DNA from: Alphaproteobacteria bacterium
GTDB taxonomy: Bacteria > Pseudomonadota > Alphaproteobacteria > SP197
Length of the DNA stretch: 64,000 bases
Assembly: GCA_965200745.1 (NCBI GenBank)
Contig: CBDAUZ010000001.1
Span: forward strand, 1,115,152-1,179,151
Direction: 5' to 3'
This document shows, piece after piece, positions 22,501 to 30,870 of this stretch. The notes under the pieces were generated by a model that saw nothing but the letters and a program-made list of their open reading frames with translations, was not told where the DNA came from and made no database searches. The position numbers were made by a program, and so were the translations under genes. The number at the start of each line of letters is the position of its first letter. The first letter of the stretch is position 1.

Positions 22501-23093
22501 GATCGAGACTGGAACAGATGACGGGCGGGCAAGCCGCTGCGGCGGCCGAATTTGAACGTCAAACGACATTGACCGAAATCCGTCAGACTGCGGAGACTTA
22601 CATGATTCGGCGCGTTGCATTCTTGTTGTGCAAGAGTGCCATACAACTGTTTCTGGAACGGACACAGGCGCCGCTTCTGTTACGTGCAGGGCACTGGTTC
22701 AGGGAGTTGACGTGCGGATCATTCGATCGTCTCGGTCTCAGCTATGATGATCGAAATCAGGCTCGCCTCTACGGTATCAGACCCACAGGTGATGAAGTCG
22801 AAGATGCAAACATGAGCGATGGAACGGCGGACCAGCTGTTTCTAGCCCTGCGTATTGCAGCACTGGAAGAGTACATCAGCCACGGAAGGTCGTTTCCATT
22901 CGTAGCCGATGACCTGTTTGTAAATTTTGATGACGAGCGAACGGCCGCAGGCCTCCGGGTTCTTCATGAATTGTCCAAAAAGTGTCAGGTCCTGGTTTTC
23001 ACCCACCATCAACATCTGATCGACCTGGCGTCAAACGTGCTTCCGGATACACCTTCGATTGTTCAACTCACGAACCGGCGCACGTTGATCTGA
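19587..23093 (+). CDS. SMC/SbcC-like coiled-coil ATPase (YhaN, AAA_27 family)
   Basis: Walker A GANEAGKS, long coiled coil, MSDGTADQL signature, Walker B FVADD, FTHH. Confidence 0.9.
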   Translation: MRLRRLDLIKYGHFTGQSLAFPDRPDDLHLVFGANEAGKSTSRNAFEDVLFGIEPQSSYDFLHSYKNMLIGTELERDGRTFGFRRRKGSSNTLQNFDGTLIRDATALDFFIGGIDRNHFNRLFCLNHDRLREGGRGIIEPQSDASGVIFEAGAGVSDVAEVLESLEQESRALFNPNRQARRHRLHELGEQLKSAQATLQDAVESTESWNQIRDDHDLKERKLKELRAQKAELLREQNKKQFVLKVLPHVRQRMVLGKELDEITDVVTLRGDEDERYHDARSRFAKGEGSIATLWEKADKLVAEKEALTTDDALTSRSDDIRLLNERRIELGPERDDLPKRRDDLRRLIGDLRKLAAKLGWTQSDDDALLQRVPESAQLARIDALSKQRPLLGLEIQNATSELENDQSRTRRAGQELERLGNVRDPLHILAAEKNVEILSDLVTARIESENEHFRLREQAAEQCAPLLACVSDETALTRLTVPSLELIGAHKERVAAHTVEIDNCDREINRLAQIASERCAERERITRSDSVITDLEIRKLRDRRGSSWKQIRSVLVREISLPDDGRNRLAERFEQETTAADQAADTRFADASLIAKLEEVDQAILTARSSLETKRDYRKRLEEKSLQHKAQWREMWPDIDRLPDSAAMEKWVGDHGRALETIARRNAAAQSVLELEHKETEACNHLLKDLCALGMDVSSLAHASAQGFAETARQYLSEIRVRKDRIEEKAAEKRDLEYTERATTAKLEQIQANFDEFLRTSQSEIAGLCDVPGVHLSDIVETLKELRKLKESVTDLQDLRIRKIERDITEFDNTVRQLVMDVADDLPTDDPEQCTQRLVCRLEQAQKTREAYDRLSAEIMECREQIEVAEQSRRNAKNTIKELMTLLGVSTETEITDAIERAKKAANLKNRIQELSETLAQTGGGLSLRELEALCDGVDEREFELHVDECAAQIRELDEKIEETALQYKDARSRLEQMTGGQAAAAAEFERQTTLTEIRQTAETYMIRRVAFLLCKSAIQLFLERTQAPLLLRAGHWFRELTCGSFDRLGLSYDDRNQARLYGIRPTGDEVEDANMSDGTADQLFLALRIAALEEYISHGRSFPFVADDLFVNFDDERTAAGLRVLHELSKKCQVLVFTHHQHLIDLASNVLPDTPSIVQLTNRRTLI

Positions 23094-23147
23094 AGTCAAA
23101 ATCGCGCCGGATCGAATGAGTTGATTCCGTTGTGCGGTATCAACTGA

Positions 23148-23486
23148 TTATCCCTTGGTGTGTGCAACAGCTTCCTCGACGGTGTCGCACAATGTAATCA
23201 ATCGGTTCATGCCACTCAGCGTAAAGACTTCGAGAATGGTCTCCTGCATTCCACAGATTGCAAAGGTGGTTTTCTTTGCCCACTGTGACTTGGCCAGAAT
23301 CAACACAACACGCAGCCCTGCCGAACTGACGTAGGTCAGCTGACTGAAATCCAAAACGACTGGCTTGACCTGGTCGCCGACCAGTTCCCGCATTTTATCG
23401 CTGAAACTCGCGGCATTGGAGCCGTCAATTCGACCTTCAACCATAGCCAACAGGACGCCGTCCCTATAGTCGGCGGTAATTTTCAT
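23148..23486 (-). CDS. STAS-domain protein (anti-sigma factor antagonist-like)
   Basis: VEGRID, LDFSQLTYVSSAGLR; GGAG RBS. Confidence 0.9.
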   Translation of the reverse strand: MKITADYRDGVLLAMVEGRIDGSNAASFSDKMRELVGDQVKPVVLDFSQLTYVSSAGLRVVLILAKSQWAKKTTFAICGMQETILEVFTLSGMNRLITLCDTVEEAVAHTKG

Positions 23487-23549
23487 GTTCCCTTGTCTCC
23501 TTTCAGATGCACAATCGCATCAAGTCTGATGTTGGTTGATTCCATGAAT

Positions 23550-24917
23550 TCACTCGTCGGGATCTTCGGGCATGAGCACGAATTCCGGATATGCCTCGAT
23601 GCCGAGCTCTCCGGCATCCTGGCCGAGTTCCTCGATTTCCGGCGACACCCGCGCACCGATTGTCTTGGCGATGACAAACCAGACCACCAGCGAACTGACG
23701 AAGACGAAAGCACCGATCGAGAGTATCCCGATCAATTGAACGCCGAAATTGCCGCCTGCCGCGATGCATACGGCCAATGTCCCCCAGATGCCGGCAAACA
23801 GATGGGCGGGAACGGCAGCGACAACATCATCGATGCGGAGCCGTTCGAGCAGCTTGATGCCAACGACACTGATCGCACCTCCAACAGCACCGATAACAAC
23901 CGCCCAGATGTGTGACACGATATCCGGTCCTGCCGTGATTGCGACCAGTCCGGCGATCGCACCGTTGAGTGTGGCCAGAAGGTCCACGCGTCCGAGAACA
24001 GGTCGCGAGATTGCCATGGCCGCAATAACGCCGGCACCTGCGGCGAGATTGGTGTTGGAAAGGATGTTGCTGATCGCAATGGCGTCGACTGCACCACTGA
24101 GCGCAAGTTGCGAACCGCCGTTGAAGCCAAACCAGCCGAGCCAGAGAATGAAGACGCCGAGTGTAACCGCAGGAACATTCGACGGCACGGTGGTCTTGAC
24201 ACTTCCGTCCTTCCTGAATTTGCCCTTCCGCGGGCCGACAATAATGGCACCTGCAAGAGCAGCCCATCCGCCGGTGGAGTGAACGATTGTTGATCCTGCG
24301 AAATCCTGAAAGCCCATTTCCGCAAGCCAGCCGCCGCCCCAGGTCCAGGAACCGATAATGGGATAGATGATTGCTGTGAGAATCGCGACATAGGCGAGGA
24401 ACGACCAGAGTTTGACACGTTCCGCCAAAGTTCCCGAAACAATCGATGCGGTCGTCGCAACAAAGACCATCTGGAAGAACCAGTCCGACATGACGGAATA
24501 ATCGGACCCCGCGACGAGAGCTGCGGCATCACCGCCCTCAAGTACAGCAATCTCTTCGGCTGACGTTCCATAGAAGAAACTGACCGATCCGATCCAGCCA
24601 CCAGGATCGACGTCCGTGTACATCAGGTTGTAGCCGAGGAAATAGAACATCAGTCCGGCGACCGAGTAGAGGCCGATGTTCTTCATACAAATAACAGACG
24701 CGTTCTTCGTTCTGACCGATCCCGACTCAAGCATCGTGAAGCCGGCGCACATCCACATGACGAGTGCACCCCAGATCAGAAACGAAAAGCTGTTGAGGAC
24801 GAATCCCGCTTCGCCATCAATTCCCGCCATGGCGCTACCAGGAACCAATATCAGCATTCCCAGTGCTGTTATCGGGAGCATGCCAGGTCTGGCGAAAATT
24901 GTGGTTCTGCGAGTCAT
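23550..24917 (-). CDS. amtB: Ammonium transporter (Amt family)
   Basis: FQMVF, LAER, DFAGSTIVH, GPRKG, WFGFNGGS, DDVVAAVPAH; twin His retained. Confidence 0.93.
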   Translation of the reverse strand: MTRRTTIFARPGMLPITALGMLILVPGSAMAGIDGEAGFVLNSFSFLIWGALVMWMCAGFTMLESGSVRTKNASVICMKNIGLYSVAGLMFYFLGYNLMYTDVDPGGWIGSVSFFYGTSAEEIAVLEGGDAAALVAGSDYSVMSDWFFQMVFVATTASIVSGTLAERVKLWSFLAYVAILTAIIYPIIGSWTWGGGWLAEMGFQDFAGSTIVHSTGGWAALAGAIIVGPRKGKFRKDGSVKTTVPSNVPAVTLGVFILWLGWFGFNGGSQLALSGAVDAIAISNILSNTNLAAGAGVIAAMAISRPVLGRVDLLATLNGAIAGLVAITAGPDIVSHIWAVVIGAVGGAISVVGIKLLERLRIDDVVAAVPAHLFAGIWGTLAVCIAAGGNFGVQLIGILSIGAFVFVSSLVVWFVIAKTIGARVSPEIEELGQDAGELGIEAYPEFVLMPEDPDE

Positions 24918-25099
24918 AGTCACTTCCCTGATGCAGCTAAGACAATGATACGGTTCGACGGCGGGTTTCCTCGTATCGCGGTTCCGACATGAACATGTCG
25001 GCATGGAATAAATTATGCAAGTACCTATGCCGATATCCAGCAATTCTCATTTTGGCATATCCGGCTACGGGTTGACGGCTCGGGCCGGATGAGAAGGTC

Positions 25100-25400
25100 T
25101 GCGGTGGTTCCCGCCCGTTGGCGATCAGGTTGATGAACACACGCCACGAGGGGAATATCTGGTAGATCACGCGTGTTCGCAAAATTTCGAAGAAGCGCAT
25201 TCTGGTGTCGGCGTTCTTGTGCGCTGTCTTCCACAATTCATCGAAGTGTTCGGGCGCCATGCCGTCGAGCGTCTGGCGGATATGATTGTAACACGGGATC
25301 TGTTTGAGGCCGAACAGGGTATGGGTGTTTGAGCGCCCGTCCTGCTTGGCCTGCACACGCTGGTGCGCGAGGAACGAAGGCGTCTGCATGAAGAACACCG
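25100..25400 (-). pseudogene. Internally deleted transposase (N-terminal piece fused to C-terminal tail)
   Basis: VFFMQTPSFLAHQR...RSNTHTLFGLKQIPCYNHIRQTLDG joined near 25235 to TRMRFFEILRTRVIYQIFPSW; catalytic core absent; boundaries approximate. Confidence 0.7.
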
Positions 25401-25981
25401 CCAATACCGCCAACCGTTCGCCAGGCGACAACGCACTGTAGCGCCGTACCGCCTTGCGCGTGATCCCCTGACGATGTGTGAAGTTGTGCCCGGCATAGCG
25501 CGCCCAGTGCACCGTGTCGGGGACAAAGTTGAACCACACACACGCGGTAACCACACCGCCTAGTTCATCACCTGTACGGTTACACGGCCCAGGTGGCCAG
25601 CCGCTCATCATGGAGAGCAGACGGATAGCCCGCGATCATCACCGCATGGTCCGTGTCGGTGTCGTCATGGAGATAACGGCGATCCGACTTGCGCGTTTCC
25701 CACAGATACGGCGGGTCGCCGTAGACGCTCCGAACCGTCAAAGTCTCCAGAAACCGCTGGGCGCAACCGCGAACAAGCGCCACATCGTAACCGCAGCGAA
25801 ACGACGCCAGCGCCTGTGCGTGCAGATCAATCCCGATGTTACGCAACGCTGCAGGTTTGCGACGCATCGTTGCCCCACCTCCCGGATGTGTCTCGATGTA
25901 CACGCGGTGTGGAGGCATCATCGCAATCAGCATCTGACACAGGCCTGACACCGCCTACGAACCAGAGTATGCGTTGCCCAT
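25400..25981 (-). pseudogene. D12/Dam-class DNA adenine methylase pseudogene
   Basis: GGAG RBS, MGNAYSGS*AVSGLCQ..MPPHRVYIETHPGGGA, DPPY, GYPS, WFNF; in-frame TAG at codon 9 and frameshifts near 25560-25590. Confidence 0.8.
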
Positions 25982-26277
25982 GAGGGCTCCGAGCCGTCGA
26001 CCCGATTGACACGAGCAATCGGAAAACATGTTGTCAAATCATCCCGCAGAGCGACCAATTGCGCCCGGACCCGACAAGATCGGCACCCTCGATCAATGCA
26101 CTGACGCAGACAAGATCCTGAAATGAGAATTACCGGCCGATTTCATCAGAAATCCTGTTCGATACCGCCACGGTTCGACCCAAAAATGATGTACCCGATG
26201 GACGTTTCGGCAGATGTTCGTTTGTTTCCGGCGATGCTGTCAGCGAACAAGGCTGGGCGTGAGGTTGGATCACAGGT

Positions 26278-27990
26278 CTACGGACTCGCGACATGACCAC
26301 CGGACCAGATTGGATATGCTGCAGCGGTCATGGTGGCTCCGTCGCCGGCCAGTGCACACACGCGTCCAAATGCATTGAGCCCGGGGCCGTCACGCTGCTC
26401 CCACAGTTGATGCCCCATCCGAATCAGTTCCTGCTTGACGGACTCCGGAAGTCTGGAATCGACATATGTTTTGCCGCTTTGGCAATGAACACGCGGCGCA
26501 TGGATGGCCTCCGCGAGTGGCATGCCATGAACAACGTTGTTCACAAAGGTATGCATGACACCGGTAAGGATGCGGTAACCACCCGAACCTGCGCCTGCGA
26601 AGACTGCCCTGCCACCGCGCGCAGCCACGATGACCGGAGCGGCAAAGATCGGCATCTTTCCCGATTTGATTGAATTCGGCAGCCCGGGCCGCGGATCAAA
26701 ATTCTGCATGCCATTGTTCAGTACGACACCCGTCCCGGGACATGCCACCATCGATCCGAAAGCATTGGACAAGCTGATGCAAAGTGCCGTCATGTTCCCG
26801 TGATGATCGGATGCAACAATCTGCGTGGTCCCTCCGAGGCGCGGCGGCCACGCTTCAACATCAAGACGTTCCGGCAGGCTGCCTTCGTCATCCAGCAGTT
26901 CGCTCGGGTGAACAGGCCGGACAGGTCGCGTCATGGCACGTTCGGGTGAAATGAACTCGGCACGCCGACGCGCAAATTCGGCAGACCCCAGACCGGCGAC
27001 CGGCGAATCCTCGAATTCGGGATCTCCGTACCAACGAATCGTGTCGCTGAATGCCAGGATCATGCATTCGGCCATCGCATGCCGGTATGCGCTGCCATCA
27101 GGATCCATGTTTCCAATGTCGAGGTTCGCGAGCAGATTGAGAAACTCGCAAGACGTCGGACAGAAACAAGTAACCACATCGAGGTCGTGAAATCGCAGTG
27201 GCGCTTCAATCATGACCTTCGGGCGATAGGAGGCAAGGTCTTCCGCGGTCAGTATGCCGCCACCGTTCAGCACGGCCTGTTCAATCAGTTCGGCCACCGT
27301 TCCGGTGTGCATTCCTGAAGGCCCGTGCTGAGCGATCAGACGCAGCGTTCGGGCGAGATCATCAAGGTTCAATATGTCGCCTGAAGAAAACTGGTCTTCA
27401 ATCTCGGGCAGGCGCCCCGCCGGACACAACTGATCGTACAGGTCCGGATGATTCTGAAGCAGCGGCAGATGCCTTGCGATCGTCAGCAACAGTTCCCAGG
27501 AAACCGGAAGTCCCTCTTCCGCAAGTTCAATGGCAGGTGTCAGAACTTCCGCCCAGGCCAGCTTCCCCCAGCGTCTGTGTGCCTCCCACAGGGCCGGGAC
27601 CGCGCCTGGAACACCGGTGCTGAGATGCCCGACTTCAGCTTTCATGCCGCATGTCCAGGGTGTCTCGTAGTACTTGAGCGGTTTGCTGTCGTCGATTTCG
27701 AACATGTTCTCGTGAGCGGCAGCCGGAGCGCGCAGGTATCCGTCTACCGAAACAAGACGACGTTCCTGCGCTGTCCATCCCGAGAGTCGCGCATATCCGC
27801 CAATCCCGCACGATGCCGGTTCGACAACAAAACTTGCGAACGCGGCGGCAGTGATGGCGTCGAAGGCGTTGCCACCCGCTTCCAGTATGGTTTGCCCCGC
27901 CCATGCGGCTTCGGGATGACCCGCAGCAACAGCGCGTCCGGATTCAGACGTGACGGATTTATCCGTATTGTTGTTGAATGACATGATCAT
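26278..27990 (-). CDS. Gamma-glutamyltransferase family protein
   Basis: GGNAFDA, GIGG, GVPG, Thr nucleophile in GGTTQIV, GVVLNN, PRVH. Confidence 0.9.
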   Translation of the reverse strand: MIMSFNNNTDKSVTSESGRAVAAGHPEAAWAGQTILEAGGNAFDAITAAAFASFVVEPASCGIGGYARLSGWTAQERRLVSVDGYLRAPAAAHENMFEIDDSKPLKYYETPWTCGMKAEVGHLSTGVPGAVPALWEAHRRWGKLAWAEVLTPAIELAEEGLPVSWELLLTIARHLPLLQNHPDLYDQLCPAGRLPEIEDQFSSGDILNLDDLARTLRLIAQHGPSGMHTGTVAELIEQAVLNGGGILTAEDLASYRPKVMIEAPLRFHDLDVVTCFCPTSCEFLNLLANLDIGNMDPDGSAYRHAMAECMILAFSDTIRWYGDPEFEDSPVAGLGSAEFARRRAEFISPERAMTRPVRPVHPSELLDDEGSLPERLDVEAWPPRLGGTTQIVASDHHGNMTALCISLSNAFGSMVACPGTGVVLNNGMQNFDPRPGLPNSIKSGKMPIFAAPVIVAARGGRAVFAGAGSGGYRILTGVMHTFVNNVVHGMPLAEAIHAPRVHCQSGKTYVDSRLPESVKQELIRMGHQLWEQRDGPGLNAFGRVCALAGDGATMTAAAYPIWSGGHVASP

Positions 27991-28052
27991 CCTGCTCCAC
28001 GGTTCGTCGAACGTCGGTCGACGAGGTTCCCATTCCTTCGAGGAAAATTTTC

Positions 28053-28514
28053 ATGGCGATATTTCTGCTGACAGTCGTGACACTGGCCTATGCCGGATAC
28101 AACCTGTTCATTCGCACATCCGGCACACATGCGCCTCCCGAGGCGACGAGTACCATTTTTGCCATTCTTCTTCTACAAACCGGCGCTCTTGTCACGGCGT
28201 TGTGCTTTCTGGCGTACCTCGGTTTTCAAGGTGGACATACTTTCAGGCTTTCGGGTCCGAGCTATCTCTATGCCATTGCTGCAGGCGTATGCATTGGCAT
28301 TGCCGAGATTGCCTATTTCTACATTTACGCCGGTGCGCGACCGCTGCCCGCCTATCTCGTTGTTCCGACGGTCGTTGCCGGCACCATTGCCATTACATTC
28401 GCGGTTTCGCTGATTGTGTTTCAGGAACGAATGTCGATGTTTCAGGCCTTCGGTGCATTACTGGTGCTCGTCGGTATCGTCATCATGTTCATCAGTCGCC
28501 CCGAAATGCACTGA
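28053..28514 (+). CDS. Small DMT/EamA-type membrane protein
   Basis: About five hydrophobic segments, FQERMS...GALLVLVG C-terminus. Confidence 0.7.
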   Translation: MAIFLLTVVTLAYAGYNLFIRTSGTHAPPEATSTIFAILLLQTGALVTALCFLAYLGFQGGHTFRLSGPSYLYAIAAGVCIGIAEIAYFYIYAGARPLPAYLVVPTVVAGTIAITFAVSLIVFQERMSMFQAFGALLVLVGIVIMFISRPEMH

Positions 28515-28695
28515 TCCAACGGGAATCGCGGGACAGAACGCATGAATCGGCGACTGTCGTGCAACGGGAGAATTGCGTCACGCGCTGGCATCTAGTCTAA
28601 TATACCGGAAATCCGGCATATGCCGGGTATACGGATCTGGAATCGGGGCGACCCGTGTTTCTGCGATTATCGGAAACGAGCGTGAGGAACAGTCA

Positions 28696-30351
28696 ATGGC
28701 AATGAATCAACACCTCGTGTCGCAAAGCGGCATCTTCAAGGGTCTTCACAGCGGCATGGGAATTGCGGCGAAAGCGATGGTTGTCGTTTTCGTTGTCTTT
28801 ACGGCGCTGAACGTCGAATTCGCCAACGGCATTTACTCCGCGGTCAGGGGCTGGATCGAATCAGCGCTGAACTGGTACTACATGGCGGCTCTCGTCATCA
28901 TGTTGTTCGTCTGTTTCTATCTCATGCTGAGCAAGTTCGGACACATTCGACTCGGCGACGACGACAGCCGTCCGGAATTCTCGAACTTCTCATGGTTGGC
29001 CATGCTCTTTTCGGCCGGCGTGGGCATCGGCATCCTGTTCTTCGGGATTGCCGAACCGATGTTCTATTTCGACAACACTGAACCATGGGGCTATCCCAAC
29101 AATCCGTTTGCCGATATGGCCGGACTGGCGGCCATGGATGAACAGCGTGCTGCTGCGGCAATGCGCGTAACCTACTTCCACTGGGGATTCCATGGCTGGG
29201 CTGTCTATGTGATCATCGGGTTGTGTCTTGCGTACTTCGGATTTCGCAAGAAGCTCCCGCTGACGCTGCGGTCTGCGCTCTATCCGCTCATCGGTGACAG
29301 AATCTACGGTCCGATCGGACATGCTGTCGATCTGCTTGCCGTTTTCGGAACGGTGTTTGGTGTTGCAACCTCGTTGGGTCTCGGCGTTTCACAGATGGCA
29401 GTCGGCCTGAACTTCCTGTTCGGTATCGATCCGGGCATTGTGACCAAGCTCATTCTGATTGGTGTGATCTCGGCCGTTGCAACGCTGTCTGCTGTATCCG
29501 GCGTGGGCAAGGGAATTCGGATCATTTCCGAGTGGAACATCTGGCTCAGCGTGGTTCTGCTGGCATTCTTCCTGTTTGGTGGTCCGTTCAAGTGGCTCAT
29601 GGGTTTCTTTGTCACGACAGCCGGTGATTACCTCTGGAATGTCATTCCGATGGGTTTCCAGATTTTCAACAGTGAAGGCAATGCGGCCTGGCAGGGTGGC
29701 TGGACCATTTTCTACTGGGGCTGGTGGATTTCCTGGGCGCCCTTCGTCGGCATGTTCATTGCCCGTATCAGCCGTGGCAGAACTATCCGGGAATTCATGG
29801 TCGGCGTGATGTTCGTACCGACAACGCTTGCGTTCTTCTGGCTCTGCATCTTCGGCGGTTCGGCGATGCATCTCGAAATCCATGCGGCCGATGGAGTGGG
29901 AACGGCGGGCATCGCTGATCTGGTCCGGAACTGGGATCTTCCCAGTGCACTCTATGGCACGATCGCGCAGGTCACTGATCTCGCCTGGATGAACTGGATC
30001 ATGGCCGCGCTGGCAACATTCCTGCTGGCGACATGGTTCATCACATCCTCGGATTCCGGCACGCTGGTCATCACCACAATGCTCAGCATGGGTGACGACA
30101 ATCCACCGCAACGGTTCCGAATTGTATGGGGGCTTGGCGAGGGATTTGTTGCTGCTGTCCTGCTTCTGGCAGGTGGTCTCACGGCCTTGCAGACCGCATC
30201 GATTGCGGCAGCGCTTCCGGTCAGCGTGATTATGCTTGCGATGTCCTACGGTATCATCAAGTCATTGCACGAAGACCCAAGCGCTGTACCGGCGCCAGAT
30301 GCCGAACGTGCGCCTGACGGCACGCGGCTTGCACAGGAATTGCACGCCTGA
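28696..30351 (+). CDS. BCCT betaine/carnitine/choline transporter
   Basis: SWLAMLFSAGVGIG, FHWGFHGW, WTIFYWGWWISWAPFVGMFIARISRGRT. Confidence 0.95.
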   Translation: MAMNQHLVSQSGIFKGLHSGMGIAAKAMVVVFVVFTALNVEFANGIYSAVRGWIESALNWYYMAALVIMLFVCFYLMLSKFGHIRLGDDDSRPEFSNFSWLAMLFSAGVGIGILFFGIAEPMFYFDNTEPWGYPNNPFADMAGLAAMDEQRAAAAMRVTYFHWGFHGWAVYVIIGLCLAYFGFRKKLPLTLRSALYPLIGDRIYGPIGHAVDLLAVFGTVFGVATSLGLGVSQMAVGLNFLFGIDPGIVTKLILIGVISAVATLSAVSGVGKGIRIISEWNIWLSVVLLAFFLFGGPFKWLMGFFVTTAGDYLWNVIPMGFQIFNSEGNAAWQGGWTIFYWGWWISWAPFVGMFIARISRGRTIREFMVGVMFVPTTLAFFWLCIFGGSAMHLEIHAADGVGTAGIADLVRNWDLPSALYGTIAQVTDLAWMNWIMAALATFLLATWFITSSDSGTLVITTMLSMGDDNPPQRFRIVWGLGEGFVAAVLLLAGGLTALQTASIAAALPVSVIMLAMSYGIIKSLHEDPSAVPAPDAERAPDGTRLAQELHA

Positions 30352-30380
30352 ACCATCGGGTGACACGGGTCACCGTTTAG

Positions 30381-30773
30381 TCAGTCGCGTTCCGCGATCT
30401 CACCGCCGGCGGCTTTCCACGCCTGGAAGCCGCCGGCGAGTTGTGCAACCGGTTCCAGGCCCATGTCCTGAAGGCATTTTGTCGCAAGCGCCGACCGCCA
30501 GGCAGAGGCGCAGTAGAAGATGAACTTTCGACCGCTCGCAAACTCCTCCCTGTGATAGGGGCTTGCGGGGTCGACCCAGAACTCGAGCATGCCCCGCGGT
30601 GCATGCAAGGCACCAGGGATCATGCCGTCACGGCGCAGCTCGCGAATGTCACGAATGTCCACGAACAATGTGTTGTCGTCGTCGATCAGAAGCAGCGCAT
30701 CCCGAGGCATGATACTCTCGATCTCAGCCGTTGCATTCTCGACCATTTCGCATGCAGTTGTATTGAGACCCAC
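30381..30773 (-). CDS. Rhodanese-like domain protein
   Basis: VDIRD, IPGA, RGMLEFW, YCASAWRS, LAGGF. Confidence 0.88.
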   Translation of the reverse strand: MGLNTTACEMVENATAEIESIMPRDALLLIDDDNTLFVDIRDIRELRRDGMIPGALHAPRGMLEFWVDPASPYHREEFASGRKFIFYCASAWRSALATKCLQDMGLEPVAQLAGGFQAWKAAGGEIAERD

Positions 30774-30870
30774 CCTGTCGCTCCCATGTGCTGAGGAATC
30801 GCATATGTGAAGTTCACACTTCACTGTTCAAGGGGCATTATCAACACCTAACGGCTGGAACGCGAGGATC

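Larger units (their letters stand above)
25038..26135 (-). mobile_element. Decayed IS (ISNCY-like) carrying a DNA adenine methylase passenger
   Basis: TIRs CAGCAATTCTCATTT (25038-25052) and AAATGAGAATTACCG (26121-26135), 13/15; flanking direct repeats GCCGATATC and GCCGATTTC (8/9). Confidence 0.85.

Noticed and set aside
24998-25033. Possible sigma54 promoter for amt (GGCATAGGTACTTGC on the minus strand)
   Set aside because: GG-to-GC spacing is 11 nt rather than the required 10.
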